Source of the DNA: Desulfomonilia bacterium
GTDB taxonomy: Bacteria > Desulfobacterota > Desulfomonilia > UBA1062
DNA: 64,000 bases
NCBI GenBank assembly: GCA_050014195.1
Contig: JBEKDT010000011.1
Coordinates: 96,001-160,000 of the forward strand
Direction of reading: 5' to 3'
Shown: positions 47,734-59,688 of the stretch, piece after piece
How the letters are laid out: each line of letters starts with the position of its first letter
Numbering within the stretch: position 1 is the stretch's first letter
Translations under genes and position numbers: made by a program
Notes under the pieces: model-generated
The model's database searches: none
What the model was told of the DNA's origin: nothing
Seen by the model: the letters and a program-made list of their open reading frames with translations, nothing else

Positions 47734-48567
47734 TTATGCCTTCCTGAACATCTTTTCCAAGATTTCCCGGGCACCGGTATGCCCCTGGGACGCCGCCTTC
47801 TGGAACCACTCCATGGATTGCCGGTGGTTCTTGGGTGAGCCTTCGCCCCTGCCGTACATAAAGCCTAGGTTGTACTGGGCATCAGCGTCGTTCTGCTCGG
47901 CAGCCAGATGGAACCATTTGAGGGCCTCCTGATAGTCCTTGGCCGCACCTTCGCCATGGTAGTATATAATGCCTAAGTTATACTGGGCATCCACATCTCC
48001 TGCCTGCGCCTTTATTAAGTATTTCTGAATCTGAGCATCCCCGCCCGAAGGCTGATCCGGGCTATGGTGTTCTTGCCCGTGTCCTTGGTATTCAGGTGCC
48101 TGTTCTTGATGATCCTTAATAGCCTTGGGAGGTTGTATTTCATCTCCGGCCAGATGTTTTTTCTTAAAGACAGTCCACTTGTCGGCCTCTATAACGGCCG
48201 ATGCCCTTTCATGCCCCTGGGTGGCAGCCTGCAAATACCAGCGGAATGCCTCTTCGTCGCTATGTTTAAGACCAGCACCCTTCTCATACATAGTAGCCAG
48301 GATAAACTGTGCCTCCGAATGGTCCTGTCCGGCGGCCTTTAAAAACCACTTTGCAGCTTCGTTATCATCTCTGCTTACGCCTTTGCCTTCGTAATAGATT
48401 TGGCCAAGCCTGAACTGGGAATATACATCACCACGTTCTGCGGCTTCACGTACGCTTTCTATCCGTTCCGTCTCACCGCCAAGAGCCCTTCTCGAAAAGT
48501 ACCAGAGTATGAGCACGAGGCCGGCAAAGATTACAATGGCAATAATCAGATCCGTTGATATACCCAT
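47734..48567 (-). CDS. Membrane-anchored Sel1-repeat protein
   Basis: N-terminal TM helix; repeated AQYNLG..Y..G.G...D...A.KWF..AA.Q. Confidence 0.9.
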   Translation of the reverse strand: MGISTDLIIAIVIFAGLVLILWYFSRRALGGETERIESVREAAERGDVYSQFRLGQIYYEGKGVSRDDNEAAKWFLKAAGQDHSEAQFILATMYEKGAGLKHSDEEAFRWYLQAATQGHERASAVIEADKWTVFKKKHLAGDEIQPPKAIKDHQEQAPEYQGHGQEHHSPDQPSGGDAQIQKYLIKAQAGDVDAQYNLGIIYYHGEGAAKDYQEALKWFHLAAEQNDADAQYNLGFMYGRGEGSPKNHRQSMEWFQKAASQGHTGAREILEKMFRKA

Positions 48568-48597
48568 GAATAGTCGCTCTTTGGTCTACATCCCTTT

Positions 48598-49059
48598 TCA
48601 GATGCGTTCGATGAGCTCCGCGAGTTGTGTATCCGAAAGCAGCTTTTTGGCGAATTTCACATACTTCATGACAATGGACCGTATCGCAAGCTGCAGGGCG
48701 TAATTCCGTACCGGCTTTTCCAGCAGGTGGCTTACCCCGGTAGCAATGCACATGTCCACTACATCGTCACTGGCCATACCGGAGATCATTACCGTATCAA
48801 GGTGTGCATTGGGGTATTTCTCGGTAATGGCATCGAGAAAGGCAAAACCATTGCTGTCTTCCACGAATACATCGAGAATGAAGATCATCAGCCCTTTGTC
48901 CCGCGAAAGGCAATGAGACAGAGCACTTTTATAATCATTGAATGTAATGATATCACCCCAGGTATAAAACTTCCTTATGCTCTCTTCGAGCACCTCACAC
49001 ACATGCTGCTCGTCATCGACAATGACCACATCGAGTCCGTCAGACATTGCTGCCTCCAT
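48598..49059 (-). CDS. Response regulator receiver protein
   Basis: VIVDDE, FILDV, ISG, EKP; start may be 49047. Confidence 0.8.
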   Translation of the reverse strand: MEAAMSDGLDVVIVDDEQHVCEVLEESIRKFYTWGDIITFNDYKSALSHCLSRDKGLMIFILDVFVEDSNGFAFLDAITEKYPNAHLDTVMISGMASDDVVDMCIATGVSHLLEKPVRNYALQLAIRSIVMKYVKFAKKLLSDTQLAELIERI

Positions 49060-49172
49060 TTTTATGTCATGATATTATCGGTGCAGGGCACCAGTAAGCA
49101 TTGAGCTTTTATTTGTTATACAAAACTTTGTATCTGATGACAAATGATTCCGGTATGTGATTCAGGCTTATT

Positions 49173-49286
49173 GGTGGGTCACTCTTTGATCACCCACCCT
49201 ACATATTTCAAAACCCAACAGTTTTTGATGTCGTAGGGCCGCTGCTCGTTGTGCCCATCATCGGGCGGGGCAAGCCCCGCTCCTAC
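49173..49286. repeat. GTAG-family REP palindromes (REPIN-like cluster)
   Basis: Reverse complement GTAGGGTGGG..CCCACC (49173-49202); GTAGGGC..GCCC (49233-49256) facing GGGCGGGGCAAGCCCCGCTCCTAC (49263-49286). Confidence 0.7.
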
Positions 49287-49296
49287 AAATCTTATT

Positions 49297-49324
49297 CTGA
49301 TCACTGACAACTGTTCACTCATCA
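49297..49324. repeat. Heptamer tandem repeat, CTGATCA x4 degenerate
   Basis: CTGATCA CTGACAA CTGTTCA CTCATCA next to the ecfT stop. Confidence 0.7.
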
Positions 49325-49327
49325 CAT

Positions 49328-50101
49328 CTATAATGCGAGGAGCCCCATGAACCAGACACTTACACCTGCCAGGGCCAGGAGGTCAGCCCTGCGCACGGCC
49401 ATCTCTTTCATGCGGGTCCGCCTGATACCGGGCGTATAGCCGCGGAGCGTCAAGGCGGCGGCAAGGTCATCCGCCCTCCTGAACACACTGTGCAGCAAGG
49501 GCACGAGTACCGGTACAAGGGACCTCACCTTATGCACGAGCCCGGCCGACTCCAGATCGACCCCCCTTGCCTTCTGGGCCTTGATGATCCGATCGGTCTC
49601 TTCAAAGAGCAATGGGATAAAGCGGATGGCAAGCATGACGACCAGCGCGATCTCGTCGGTAGGTACGTTCATATATTTCAGGGGCTTTAGATACCATTCC
49701 AGTGCCCATACCGTATCCAGCGGCGATGTGGTAAGTGTTGTGAGTGTAGAAATCCAGATGGCGATCATCAGCTGACAAGCCACGCGTGCCCCGCCCATGA
49801 GCCCCTGTTTTGTGGCATAGGGGATCAGAATCGGGTCACCGGGTGTCATGAATACGTGAAGCACGGCGGTGAATAAAAAGAGCCACAGAAATGGTCGCAA
49901 TCCTCCTGAGATGTGCTTCAAGGGTATCTTGGAAAGCATGGTGAAGGCAATGCAGGACAGGGTGAAGGCGATTAAGGCCAAGACATGATGAAGCTGAAAG
50001 GTAACGCCGATGGAAAGGCCCATGAGAAAGAGCTTCACACGGGGGTCCAGGTTGTGCACAAAAGAATCCCGCGGCAGGTATTGCCCCAGGGTCATCCTCA
50101 T
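49328..50101 (-). CDS. ecfT: ECF transporter transmembrane T component
   Basis: LGQYLP.DS.VH.LDPRVK, LAIRFIP, AQKARG. Confidence 0.9.
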   Translation of the reverse strand: MRMTLGQYLPRDSFVHNLDPRVKLFLMGLSIGVTFQLHHVLALIAFTLSCIAFTMLSKIPLKHISGGLRPFLWLFLFTAVLHVFMTPGDPILIPYATKQGLMGGARVACQLMIAIWISTLTTLTTSPLDTVWALEWYLKPLKYMNVPTDEIALVVMLAIRFIPLLFEETDRIIKAQKARGVDLESAGLVHKVRSLVPVLVPLLHSVFRRADDLAAALTLRGYTPGIRRTRMKEMAVRRADLLALAGVSVWFMGLLAL

Positions 50102-50220
50102 GGCATTCTCGATTTCATGCTGTTGTCCTTATATATAGAGCTCGTCAGCTAATAATTTTACAGGTTCTTCTCCGTGAAGCATACTTTTATAGTTTGCATC
50201 CTTTTTACAACCCATTGTTC

Positions 50221-50414
50221 TCACCACGAAGGACTCGAAGAGCACGAAGAAGATCTAAAAAATGCAGAACAGACAATCATGGGTTCTTTGAACCGGTCCA
50301 CTATTTCAAAAGGTTTCCTTTCTTCGTGCTCTTCGTGGTGAAGGACTTCTATGTCTGCTCAAATCCCAAGCTCATTTTGGTTGCGGCTAAGCTGCGCTAA
50401 GCTCTTCGTGGTGA
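50221..50414. repeat. CACGAAG-based inverted repeats (MITE-like intergenic element)
   Basis: TCACCACGAAGGACTCGAAGAGCACGAAGAA (50221-50251) versus TTCTTCGTGCTCTTCGTGGTGA (50320-50341) and GCTCTTCGTGGTGA (50401-50414). Confidence 0.7.
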
Positions 50415-50473
50415 TATATCCCTTCTGTGTGCTCTTCAATGATCTTAAGTATGCTTTACTGTGATGAACCATT

Positions 50474-51475
50474 TTACAATAGGTGCTCTGCGATCTGAAC
50501 CGCATTGAGGGCAGCGCCTTTTCGGGTATTGTCGCACACGGTCCACAGGGCAATGCCGTTTTCGAAAGAAAGATCCTGCCTGATCCTGCCGACTAGACAC
50601 TCGTCACTGCCGACTGCATGGACGGGGGTGGGATAGGTATTGCTTGCAGGCTCATCCTCAACCTGCACTCCTTTTGACCGGCCAAGGATCTCTCTAATCT
50701 CCCTTGGCGAGATCTTCCGGGCCGTCTCGAAATTCACCGAGGCGCCATGGGAATAGAACACGGGTACACGAACACTCGTTGCACAGATGCGAAGCCCTTG
50801 GTCCTCGAAGATCTTTTTTGTTTCAGCCATGATGGAGTGCTCTTCTTCAGTGTATGCATCTTGGGTGAAGGCGCCCACATGGGGCAATGCATTGAAGGCG
50901 ATCTGATGAGGATAGGCCGCACAGAACACCTCTTTGAAACTGAAAAGATCTCTTACCTGAGAGGTAAGTTCCTCCAATGCCCGCTCCCCGCTATCGGATA
51001 CAGATTGATAGGTGGATACGACAATCCGCTTGATACGTGCTGCCCTACTGATGGGAACCAGCGGTAAAACCAGCTGAATAGTGGCACTACGGGGATTGGC
51101 AATGATCCCCTGATGATCTTTTATCTTTTCGGCATTAATCTCCGGGACGATGAGCGGCACCGATTCCTGCAGGGCAAAGCGGGAGGTAAGGTCAATGGCG
51201 ACAGCCCCGGATGCCTTTGCACGTCCGGCAAATTCAGCGCACATTGCCTTGTCCGAAATGAAAAACACGATCTCCACGCCCTTGAAGGACAGGTCCTCGA
51301 TCTGCTTAACCGGGATTTCTTCGCCACGAAATTCCAACCTGGTCCCTATGGTCCGCTTGCCCCCGAGCAGGACCAGGTCTTTAACGGGAAAATCCCGCTC
51401 TTCAAGGATCTTGATGAGCTCGCCTCCGATTAAATCCGTGGGCTCCACCACGGCAATCTTCAGGCCGGACGGCAT
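50474..51475 (-). CDS. Aspartate-semialdehyde dehydrogenase-like protein lacking the catalytic Cys (Usg-like)
   Basis: Asd fold motifs PLIVPEIN, STYQSVS, RVPVF..H, VGRIR and DNTRKGAA.NAVQIAE. NPRSAT replaces NPNCST, and VEPTDLIG replaces VGATGxVG. Confidence 0.8.
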   Translation of the reverse strand: MPSGLKIAVVEPTDLIGGELIKILEERDFPVKDLVLLGGKRTIGTRLEFRGEEIPVKQIEDLSFKGVEIVFFISDKAMCAEFAGRAKASGAVAIDLTSRFALQESVPLIVPEINAEKIKDHQGIIANPRSATIQLVLPLVPISRAARIKRIVVSTYQSVSDSGERALEELTSQVRDLFSFKEVFCAAYPHQIAFNALPHVGAFTQDAYTEEEHSIMAETKKIFEDQGLRICATSVRVPVFYSHGASVNFETARKISPREIREILGRSKGVQVEDEPASNTYPTPVHAVGSDECLVGRIRQDLSFENGIALWTVCDNTRKGAALNAVQIAEHLL

Positions 51476-51542
51476 GTGCTGCCCCCAAAGGTTATCGGGC
51501 TAAGGGTTGTTTTTCGTGACATGGGTTATATGCATCAAGGGC

Positions 51543-52037
51543 CTAGATGCTCCCCCGCTTTTTGATATGCTCCATCAGCCCTCCGTCGGCGATGAGCTCC
51601 TGCATGAATACAGGGATGGGTCGGGCCTGGAATTGTTTGCCTGAAGTCAGGTCTTTGATAAGGCCGCTGTCGGCATCCACCTCTACGTCGTCTCCCTCGA
51701 TAATAGCTTCTGAGGCCTCATCCGACTCGAAGATGGGAAGCCCCATGTTGAAGCTGTTCCGGAAAAAGATACGTGCAAAACTTGAAGCTACTATACAGCT
51801 GACACCGCTCGCCTTGATGGCAATGGGCGCATGCTCCCGCGACGAGCCGCACCCGAAGTTCTTGCCTGCAACAATGATGTCGCCCGGCTTGACCTTACCC
51901 GGAAACTCCGGGTCGGCATCCTCCATGCAGTGTTTCTTCAACACGTCAGGGTCGGAGGTGCTCAAGTAACGGGCAGGGATGATGGCGTCGGTATCCACGT
52001 CGTTGCCGAATTTATATGCCATGCCCTTGAAGATCAT
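51543..52037 (-). CDS. leuD: 3-isopropylmalate dehydratase small subunit
   Basis: VDTDAIIPARYL, NFGCGSSREHA, FARIFFRN. Confidence 0.92.
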   Translation of the reverse strand: MIFKGMAYKFGNDVDTDAIIPARYLSTSDPDVLKKHCMEDADPEFPGKVKPGDIIVAGKNFGCGSSREHAPIAIKASGVSCIVASSFARIFFRNSFNMGLPIFESDEASEAIIEGDDVEVDADSGLIKDLTSGKQFQARPIPVFMQELIADGGLMEHIKKRGSI

Positions 52038-53299
52038 TTCACCACCTCCTGCGGAGCGGAGATCTTGCCTATGACGGCCGATGCGGCTGCAACGGCGGGT
52101 CCGCAGAGGTAGACCTCGCTTCCAGGGTCTCCCATCCTGCCCACAAAGTTACGGTTTGTAGTGGACAGCGCTCGCTCACCTTTGGCGAGGATGCCCATGT
52201 GTCCACCCAGGCACGGGCCACACGTGGGCGGACCTATGATGGAGCCTGCCTGGAGGAATGTTTCGATAAGACCTTCAGCCAAAGCCTGGCGGAACACCTC
52301 GGGCGTTGCCGGCAGGATCAGGCATCGCAAGCCCTTTTTCACCTTGTTGCCCTTCATGATTTCCGCAGCAATGCGCAAATCTTCAATGCGTCCATTGGTG
52401 CATGATCCGATGACCACCTGGTCGATCTTCACATCACCTGCCTCGCTGACGCCTTTTGTATTCTCGGGCAGGTGGGGGAAAGCGATCTGGGGCTCAATGT
52501 TCTCACAATCAAAGACCGTTACCGACTCATAGACCGCATCTTTATCGCTTGTATAAATCGTATAAGGCCTCTTGGCGCGCGGTTTAATATAGCTTTGCGT
52601 CTTTGCATCCGCTTCTATGATGCCCGCCTTGGCCCCTGCCTCGATGGCCATGTTGGACATGCTCAAGCGGTCGGAGAGTGTCAGCGCAGAGACGGCAGTC
52701 CCCTCCATTTCCATGACCCGGTACAGGGCGCCGTCTACGCCTATCTTGCCGATGAGATACAGGATAAGGTCCTTGCCGCCCACCCATGGCAGTAGCTTTC
52801 CATTAAAGACAAACTTCATGGTCCGGGGGACCTTTATCCATGCCTGGCCTGTCATCATGGCTGCGGCCAGGTCCGTGCTGCCGACCCCTGTAGCAAAGGC
52901 GCCCAAGGCCCCATAGGTGCAGGTGTGGCTGTCGGCGCCGATGATAAGATCGCCCGGCAGCACAAGCCCCTTCTCGGGGAGCAGTGCATGCTCGACCCCT
53001 GCCTCGCCTCCGTCAAAAAATTTATCAATTGCCTGCTGCAGCGCAAAGTCGCGCACATACTTGCACTGGTTGGCGGATGCAATGTCCTTATTGGGCGTGA
53101 AGTGGTCGAGTACGAATATGACCTTGTCAGCATGCGTGATTTTCTCTATACCGCTTTCCTTGACCGCCTGGATGGCGATGGGTGCCGTGATGTCGTTGGC
53201 CAAGGCCACATCCACGTCCACCTTGATGATGTCTCCCGGCTGGAAGCTTGAATCCTTCGTATGTGCAGCCAGGATCTTTTCTGCAATGGTCTTTCCCAC
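52034..53299 (-). CDS. leuC: 3-isopropylmalate dehydratase large subunit
   Basis: DSHTCT, GSCTNGR, CGPCLG, NRNFVGRMG. Confidence 0.93.
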   Translation of the reverse strand: MGKTIAEKILAAHTKDSSFQPGDIIKVDVDVALANDITAPIAIQAVKESGIEKITHADKVIFVLDHFTPNKDIASANQCKYVRDFALQQAIDKFFDGGEAGVEHALLPEKGLVLPGDLIIGADSHTCTYGALGAFATGVGSTDLAAAMMTGQAWIKVPRTMKFVFNGKLLPWVGGKDLILYLIGKIGVDGALYRVMEMEGTAVSALTLSDRLSMSNMAIEAGAKAGIIEADAKTQSYIKPRAKRPYTIYTSDKDAVYESVTVFDCENIEPQIAFPHLPENTKGVSEAGDVKIDQVVIGSCTNGRIEDLRIAAEIMKGNKVKKGLRCLILPATPEVFRQALAEGLIETFLQAGSIIGPPTCGPCLGGHMGILAKGERALSTTNRNFVGRMGDPGSEVYLCGPAVAAASAVIGKISAPQEVVK

Positions 53300-53311
53300 G
53301 GGTAATGTCTC

Positions 53312-54859
53312 CTACAGGTTCGGAGCTTCTGAGAGCTTTTTATTCTTGAGGAACTCCATGCGGTTCATGGCATTTACAAGCGCCCGGGCGCAGGCCACCA
53401 GTATATCCGGGTCAGAACCCTGGCCTACCGATATACTGCCCTTGTCCTGGAGTTCGATGGTCACCTCGCCCTGGGCGTCGGTTCCCCCTGTTATCGCCTT
53501 AATCGTAAAGCTCTTGAGCTCCGCATTGAACCCGGTCATCCTGATGATGGTCTTGTACAGGGCGTCCACCGGACCGTTTCCGAACCCGGCCTCCTGCACC
53601 ACCTTGTTGTCTATGGCAAGCTGGACCGTGGCCACAGGGACTGCAAGGGTACCTGAACTCACATTGATATGCTTGAGCACATACTTGTCGGGCACGCGGT
53701 ATATCTCTTCCAGAACGATGGCCTCGATATCCTCGTCGAAGATCTCCTTCTTTCTGTCTGCTATCTCCTTGAAGCGCTTGAAGACCTTCTTGATGTCCTT
53801 TTCATCCAGCCGGTACCCGAGCAGCTCGAGGCGCTTAGCAAGCGCATGCTTTCCCGAGTGCTTGCCCAGCACGAGGTGCGACATGCCGAGTCCTACGGCC
53901 TCGGGGGTCATGATTTCATAGGTGGAGGGCTCCTTGAGGAAACCGTCCTGGTGGATGCCCGCTTCATGGGCAAAGGCATTGGCACCCACGATGGCCTTGT
54001 TGGGCTGCACCGGTATGCCGGTGATGTGGGTAACGAGCCTGCTCGTGGGAAAGATCTGGGTGGTATCGATGTTGGTGGTGACGTTGTAGAGGTCCTTCCT
54101 CACATTGAGGATCATGACCGTCTCTTCGAGGGAGGTATTGCCGGCACGCTCTCCGATACCGTTGATGGTGCACTCGATCTGCCGGGCACCGGCAAGCACC
54201 GCCGAGATGGAATTGGCCGTGGCAAGTCCGAGGTCGTTGTGGCAGTGCACACTGATCACTGCCTTGTCGATATCCTTTACCTTCTTCTTCAGATGGCTGA
54301 TGAGATTGAAGAATTCCTGGGGATTGGTATAGCCCACGGTGTCCGGGACATTGATGGTATTGGCTCCGGCGGCGATGGCCACGGTATAGACATCCGCCAG
54401 GAAGTCCCAGTCGGACCGGGTAGCGTCTTCGGCCGAGAACTCGACACTGTTTGTGAAAGACTTGCAGAGGGATACCGAGTTCCGGACGGATGCGAGCACC
54501 TCGTTCCTGTTCATGCGCAGCTTGTACTTCATGTGTATGTCGGAGGTGGCGATGAAGGTGTGCAGGCCCGGCATCTTCGCATCCCTTACGGCTTCCCAGG
54601 CGGTCTTGATGTCTTCATCCCGGGCCCGGCACAGGCCGATGATGATAGACCTGCTTACTTCTTCCGCTACTGCCTGAACGGCATCGAAATCCCCTGGAGA
54701 AGATACGGGAAAGCCCGCTTCAATCTTGTCCACGCCAAGGATTTCGAGCTGCTTGGCCACCAGCACCTTTTCATGTACATCCATACTGGCGCCCGGCGAC
54801 TGCTCACCGTCGCGCAGTGTCGTGTCAAATATGATTATCTTGTCCTGAGTAGCCTTCAT
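53312..54859 (-). CDS. leuA: 2-isopropylmalate synthase
   Basis: FDTTLRDGEQ, HCHNDLG, GERAGN, HQDG and a regulatory C-domain. Confidence 0.95.
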   Translation of the reverse strand: MKATQDKIIIFDTTLRDGEQSPGASMDVHEKVLVAKQLEILGVDKIEAGFPVSSPGDFDAVQAVAEEVSRSIIIGLCRARDEDIKTAWEAVRDAKMPGLHTFIATSDIHMKYKLRMNRNEVLASVRNSVSLCKSFTNSVEFSAEDATRSDWDFLADVYTVAIAAGANTINVPDTVGYTNPQEFFNLISHLKKKVKDIDKAVISVHCHNDLGLATANSISAVLAGARQIECTINGIGERAGNTSLEETVMILNVRKDLYNVTTNIDTTQIFPTSRLVTHITGIPVQPNKAIVGANAFAHEAGIHQDGFLKEPSTYEIMTPEAVGLGMSHLVLGKHSGKHALAKRLELLGYRLDEKDIKKVFKRFKEIADRKKEIFDEDIEAIVLEEIYRVPDKYVLKHINVSSGTLAVPVATVQLAIDNKVVQEAGFGNGPVDALYKTIIRMTGFNAELKSFTIKAITGGTDAQGEVTIELQDKGSISVGQGSDPDILVACARALVNAMNRMEFLKNKKLSEAPNL

Positions 54860-55646
54860 GTGAGCCTTCCTTTATCTCTTTCTTCCCTTTCCTGGCCTGA
54901 ATGAGATAAACCAAACCGCTCCATATCGCCCCTCCTACAATGAATGTAAGGGCCAGGACGAAGAGCATGAGCTCCGGAGCGAGTGCCACCACCACGAGCA
55001 ACAGGACCCCTGCGACCAGCAGTTGGAACGGGTGCGCCTTGATGTAGCTGATGTGCTTAAAGCTCGGATAGGGGATGCTGCTCACCATCAGAAATGAGAG
55101 TACGTACACCACTATGAGAATAGCTATGGGCGCCAGTGGTTGTATCGGGATGAAAAAATCCGCGATCTCCTCGGTGAGCAGGTAGGTGCTGGTCATCCCT
55201 GCAGCGGCCATAGGTATGGGTAGCCCGGTAAAATGTGTCATGGAGCCCGATGTATCGACGTTGAACCTTGCAAGTCTTAAAGCGCCGCAGGCCACATAAA
55301 GAAAGGTTGCTATGAAGCCGAGCCTGCCGAACGCACTGAGCTGCCAGATATATACCATCATGGCAGGTGCCACGCCGAAAGCAACCAGATCCGAGAGTGA
55401 GTCGTATTGCTTGCCGAACTCTGAGGTCGTGCCCGTCATCCGCGCCACTCTACCGTCGAGACCATCTATGAACCCGGCGATAAGGATAAGGATGGCTGCC
55501 CAGTGAAAATCTTTCTTCAAAGAGAACATGATAGAGTAAAAGCCGCAGAACAGGCTCATGGTGGTGATGAAATTAGGCAGAAACGGCACGGACCTTTTGT
55601 GTTTTTCGACTCCTGCCGTGTCACGTTTTCTTCTCAACGGTCTCAT
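54825..55646 (-). CDS. pssA: CDP-diacylglycerol--serine O-phosphatidyltransferase
   Basis: DGLDGRVAR...FGKQYDSLSDLVAFGVAP, RLARFN, FTGLP. Confidence 0.92.
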   Translation of the reverse strand: MRPLRRKRDTAGVEKHKRSVPFLPNFITTMSLFCGFYSIMFSLKKDFHWAAILILIAGFIDGLDGRVARMTGTTSEFGKQYDSLSDLVAFGVAPAMMVYIWQLSAFGRLGFIATFLYVACGALRLARFNVDTSGSMTHFTGLPIPMAAAGMTSTYLLTEEIADFFIPIQPLAPIAILIVVYVLSFLMVSSIPYPSFKHISYIKAHPFQLLVAGVLLLVVVALAPELMLFVLALTFIVGGAIWSGLVYLIQARKGKKEIKEGSHEGYSGQDNHI

Positions 55647-56289
55647 GGGTCCTCCTTCCGATCACACTGGATCCGGCATGAACCTTTTGGCCCTTCTCAC
55701 AGGTTGCGGTATATCCTCTGGGGAGATAGCATTCAAGCAGCGATCCGAACCTGATGAGGCCGATCTTTTCGCCCTGCTCCACTCTTTTCCCCGGTACGAG
55801 CCAGCTGATGATCCTCCGGGCTATGAGCCCGGCCACCTGATCGATCCGGAATATGCCGTAGCCGGAATCGATATAGCTGATCATCCGCTCATTTGCTTCG
55901 GTCTTCTTGCCAAGGCTGGCAACGCGGAACGTCCCGGGCTTGTAGAATACATCGAGGACCGTGCCGGATATGGGTGCACGGTTTACGTGTACACTGAAGA
56001 CCGACATGAAGACAGCCACCTTGGTGCAAGGCCCGATCTTGCTCTCTTCGGTCTCGAAGACTTCGAGTACCGTCCCGTCGGCAGGAGAGACCACGAGTCC
56101 TTCCCCTGCGGGCACGGCACGTTCCGGATCCCGGAAGAACCAGGTGACGAACAGCACCGGTAGGGACCCCAGGATACGCAGCACAAGGCCCCCGGTCAGG
56201 AAAAAAAACCCGAAGAGTGCAGAGGCCATGACTATGAACGGAAAGCCTTCTTTCCGGATGTTCACCTTTTGCTTCCCCGTATCTCTCAC
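55621..56289 (-). CDS. psd: Phosphatidylserine decarboxylase proenzyme
   Basis: FFRDPER, SPADG, VHVNRAP, AGLIARRI, IRFGS cleavage motif. Confidence 0.92.
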   Translation of the reverse strand: MRDTGKQKVNIRKEGFPFIVMASALFGFFFLTGGLVLRILGSLPVLFVTWFFRDPERAVPAGEGLVVSPADGTVLEVFETEESKIGPCTKVAVFMSVFSVHVNRAPISGTVLDVFYKPGTFRVASLGKKTEANERMISYIDSGYGIFRIDQVAGLIARRIISWLVPGKRVEQGEKIGLIRFGSLLECYLPRGYTATCEKGQKVHAGSSVIGRRTHETVEKKT

Positions 56290-56404
56290 GGTTTTTTAGG
56301 AGGGTTACACCTCAGCTCCACCCACCCTGCTATCCACTTGTCGTGATCCGCTTATACTCTCCCCAACATACGTTCATCGCGGCTAAAGCCGCTCGTAGAA
56401 AATC

Positions 56405-57918
<1,514 letters not shown>

Positions 57919-57926
57919 GAGCTACC

Positions 57927-59630
57927 TCACACCAGAAGCATGTTGTTTATGGGTGCGCCTGCCGGCACCATGGGATAGACGTCTTCCTCGGGCTCCACCT
58001 TGAAGTCAACGAAGACCGGTCCTTTGATGGAAAGGGCCTGGTGGATGGCATCCTCCACATCAGAGGAATTCTCCACACGGATGCCGTGTGCGCCGTAGGC
58101 CTCTGCCAGCTTTACGAAGTCGGGTGATACGGCCATTGATGTATGGGAATACCTGCCCTTGTAGAAGAGCGACTGCCACTGCCTGACCATACCGAGGAAG
58201 CCGTTGTTGATGATCATGACCTTGACCGGCAGGTTGTATTGGACGGCGGTTGCAAGCTCCTGGATGTTCATCTGGATTGAGCCGTCTCCCGCGATGTCGA
58301 TGACGACTCGCTCAGGGAAGGCCACCTGTGCGCCGATGGCGGCAGGGAAACCGTAGCCCATGGTTCCCAACCCACCCGACGTGAGGAAGAGCCTGGGCTT
58401 TTTAAATTTGTAAAACTGCGCGGTCCACATCTGGTTCTGGCCTACCTCGGTTGTGATGATTGCGTCATCAGGGGTGAGGTCGTTTATCTTCTCGATCACA
58501 TACTGTGGCTTCAGACCTGGGCCCTGATCGTACCGAAGCGGCTGCTCTCGCTTCCATTGGTCCAGTTTCTCAAGCCAGGGTTGTACGGCATGATGGAGTT
58601 CGGAGATATCACGCCCTTTGTCCTTTAAGTCTTCAAGCATGTCGGACAGTACGTTTCCGCAGTCGCCCACTACGGGCAGATCCACCCGGACGTTTTTACT
58701 GATCGAGGTGGGATCGATGTCGATATGGATGATCTTGGCCTTGGGTGCGAATTCGTCAGTCTTTCCCGTCACCCGGTCGTCAAAGCGGGCGCCGATGGCA
58801 ATGAGGCAGTCCGTCTCAGTGACAGCCATGTTGGCCGCATAGGTGCCGTGCATGCCGAGCATACCCAGCCAGAGCGGGTCATCTGCAGGAAATGCACCGA
58901 GTCCCATAAGCGTAGTGGTTACGGGGATTCTAAGCTGCCTGGCAAAGGCCATGAGCTCCCCAGATGCGTTTGACAGCACTACGCCTCCGCCGGCATAGAT
59001 TACCGGCCGTTTGCTCCTGACGATCGTGTGCACTATGCGCTTGATCTGGCCCATATGCCCCTTGTAAGTGGGGCAGTACCCTTCCAGACATATGTTGTCA
59101 GGGTACTTGAAATGTATGAGGCCCCTCATGACATCCTTGGGGATATCTACGAGAACAGGTCCCGGCCGCCCGGTGGCGGCGATGTAGAAGGCCTCCTTGA
59201 TTACCCTGGGGAGTTCAGCGCAGTCCTTGACCAGATAGTTGTGTTTGGTACAAGGCCTCGTTATCCCTACGGTGTCCGCCTCCTGGAAGGCATCATTGCC
59301 GATGAGGTTGGTAGACACCTGACCGGAAAATACTACGATGGGGATCGAGTCCATACAGGCTGTGGCGATGCCTGTTACGGTATTCGTGGCACCGGGTCCG
59401 GAGGTGACGAGTGCCACACCCACATGTCCGCTGGCACGGGCGTATCCGTCGGCAGCATGGACCGCACCCTGCTCATGCCGTGATAAGATAAACTGGATAT
59501 CCGGCGCATCCATTATGGCATCAAAGATATCCAGCACGGCCCCTCCGGGATAGCCGAAGACGTGCTTGACGCCTTCGCATCGCAGGGCCTCGATAAATGC
59601 GTATGCTCCTGTTATCTTCTTCATGCTCAC
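57927..59630 (-). CDS. ilvB: Acetolactate synthase large subunit
   Basis: [40 protein letters not shown] motif. Confidence 0.96.
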   Translation of the reverse strand: MSMKKITGAYAFIEALRCEGVKHVFGYPGGAVLDIFDAIMDAPDIQFILSRHEQGAVHAADGYARASGHVGVALVTSGPGATNTVTGIATACMDSIPIVVFSGQVSTNLIGNDAFQEADTVGITRPCTKHNYLVKDCAELPRVIKEAFYIAATGRPGPVLVDIPKDVMRGLIHFKYPDNICLEGYCPTYKGHMGQIKRIVHTIVRSKRPVIYAGGGVVLSNASGELMAFARQLRIPVTTTLMGLGAFPADDPLWLGMLGMHGTYAANMAVTETDCLIAIGARFDDRVTGKTDEFAPKAKIIHIDIDPTSISKNVRVDLPVVGDCGNVLSDMLEDLKDKGRDISELHHAVQPWLEKLDQWKREQPLRYDQGPGLKPQYVIEKINDLTPDDAIITTEVGQNQMWTAQFYKFKKPRLFLTSGGLGTMGYGFPAAIGAQVAFPERVVIDIAGDGSIQMNIQELATAVQYNLPVKVMIINNGFLGMVRQWQSLFYKGRYSHTSMAVSPDFVKLAEAYGAHGIRVENSSDVEDAIHQALSIKGPVFVDFKVEPEEDVYPMVPAGAPINNMLLV

Positions 59631-59688
59631 CTTTATCTGACACCCCTCTTATTTCATATTCATTTCAGAAAAAACCTGCTTCAAGCAC

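Noticed and set aside
53669-54904. 411-aa plus-strand ORF, and similar long antisense ORFs at 52917..53921, 56489..57424 and 20317..21135
   Set aside because: These are antisense shadows of leuA, leuC, ilvC and the regulator, with no motifs of their own.
54825-56289. psd-pssA embedded in the ilv-leu operon as a novelty
   Set aside because: This order is familiar from other deltaproteobacterial genomes.
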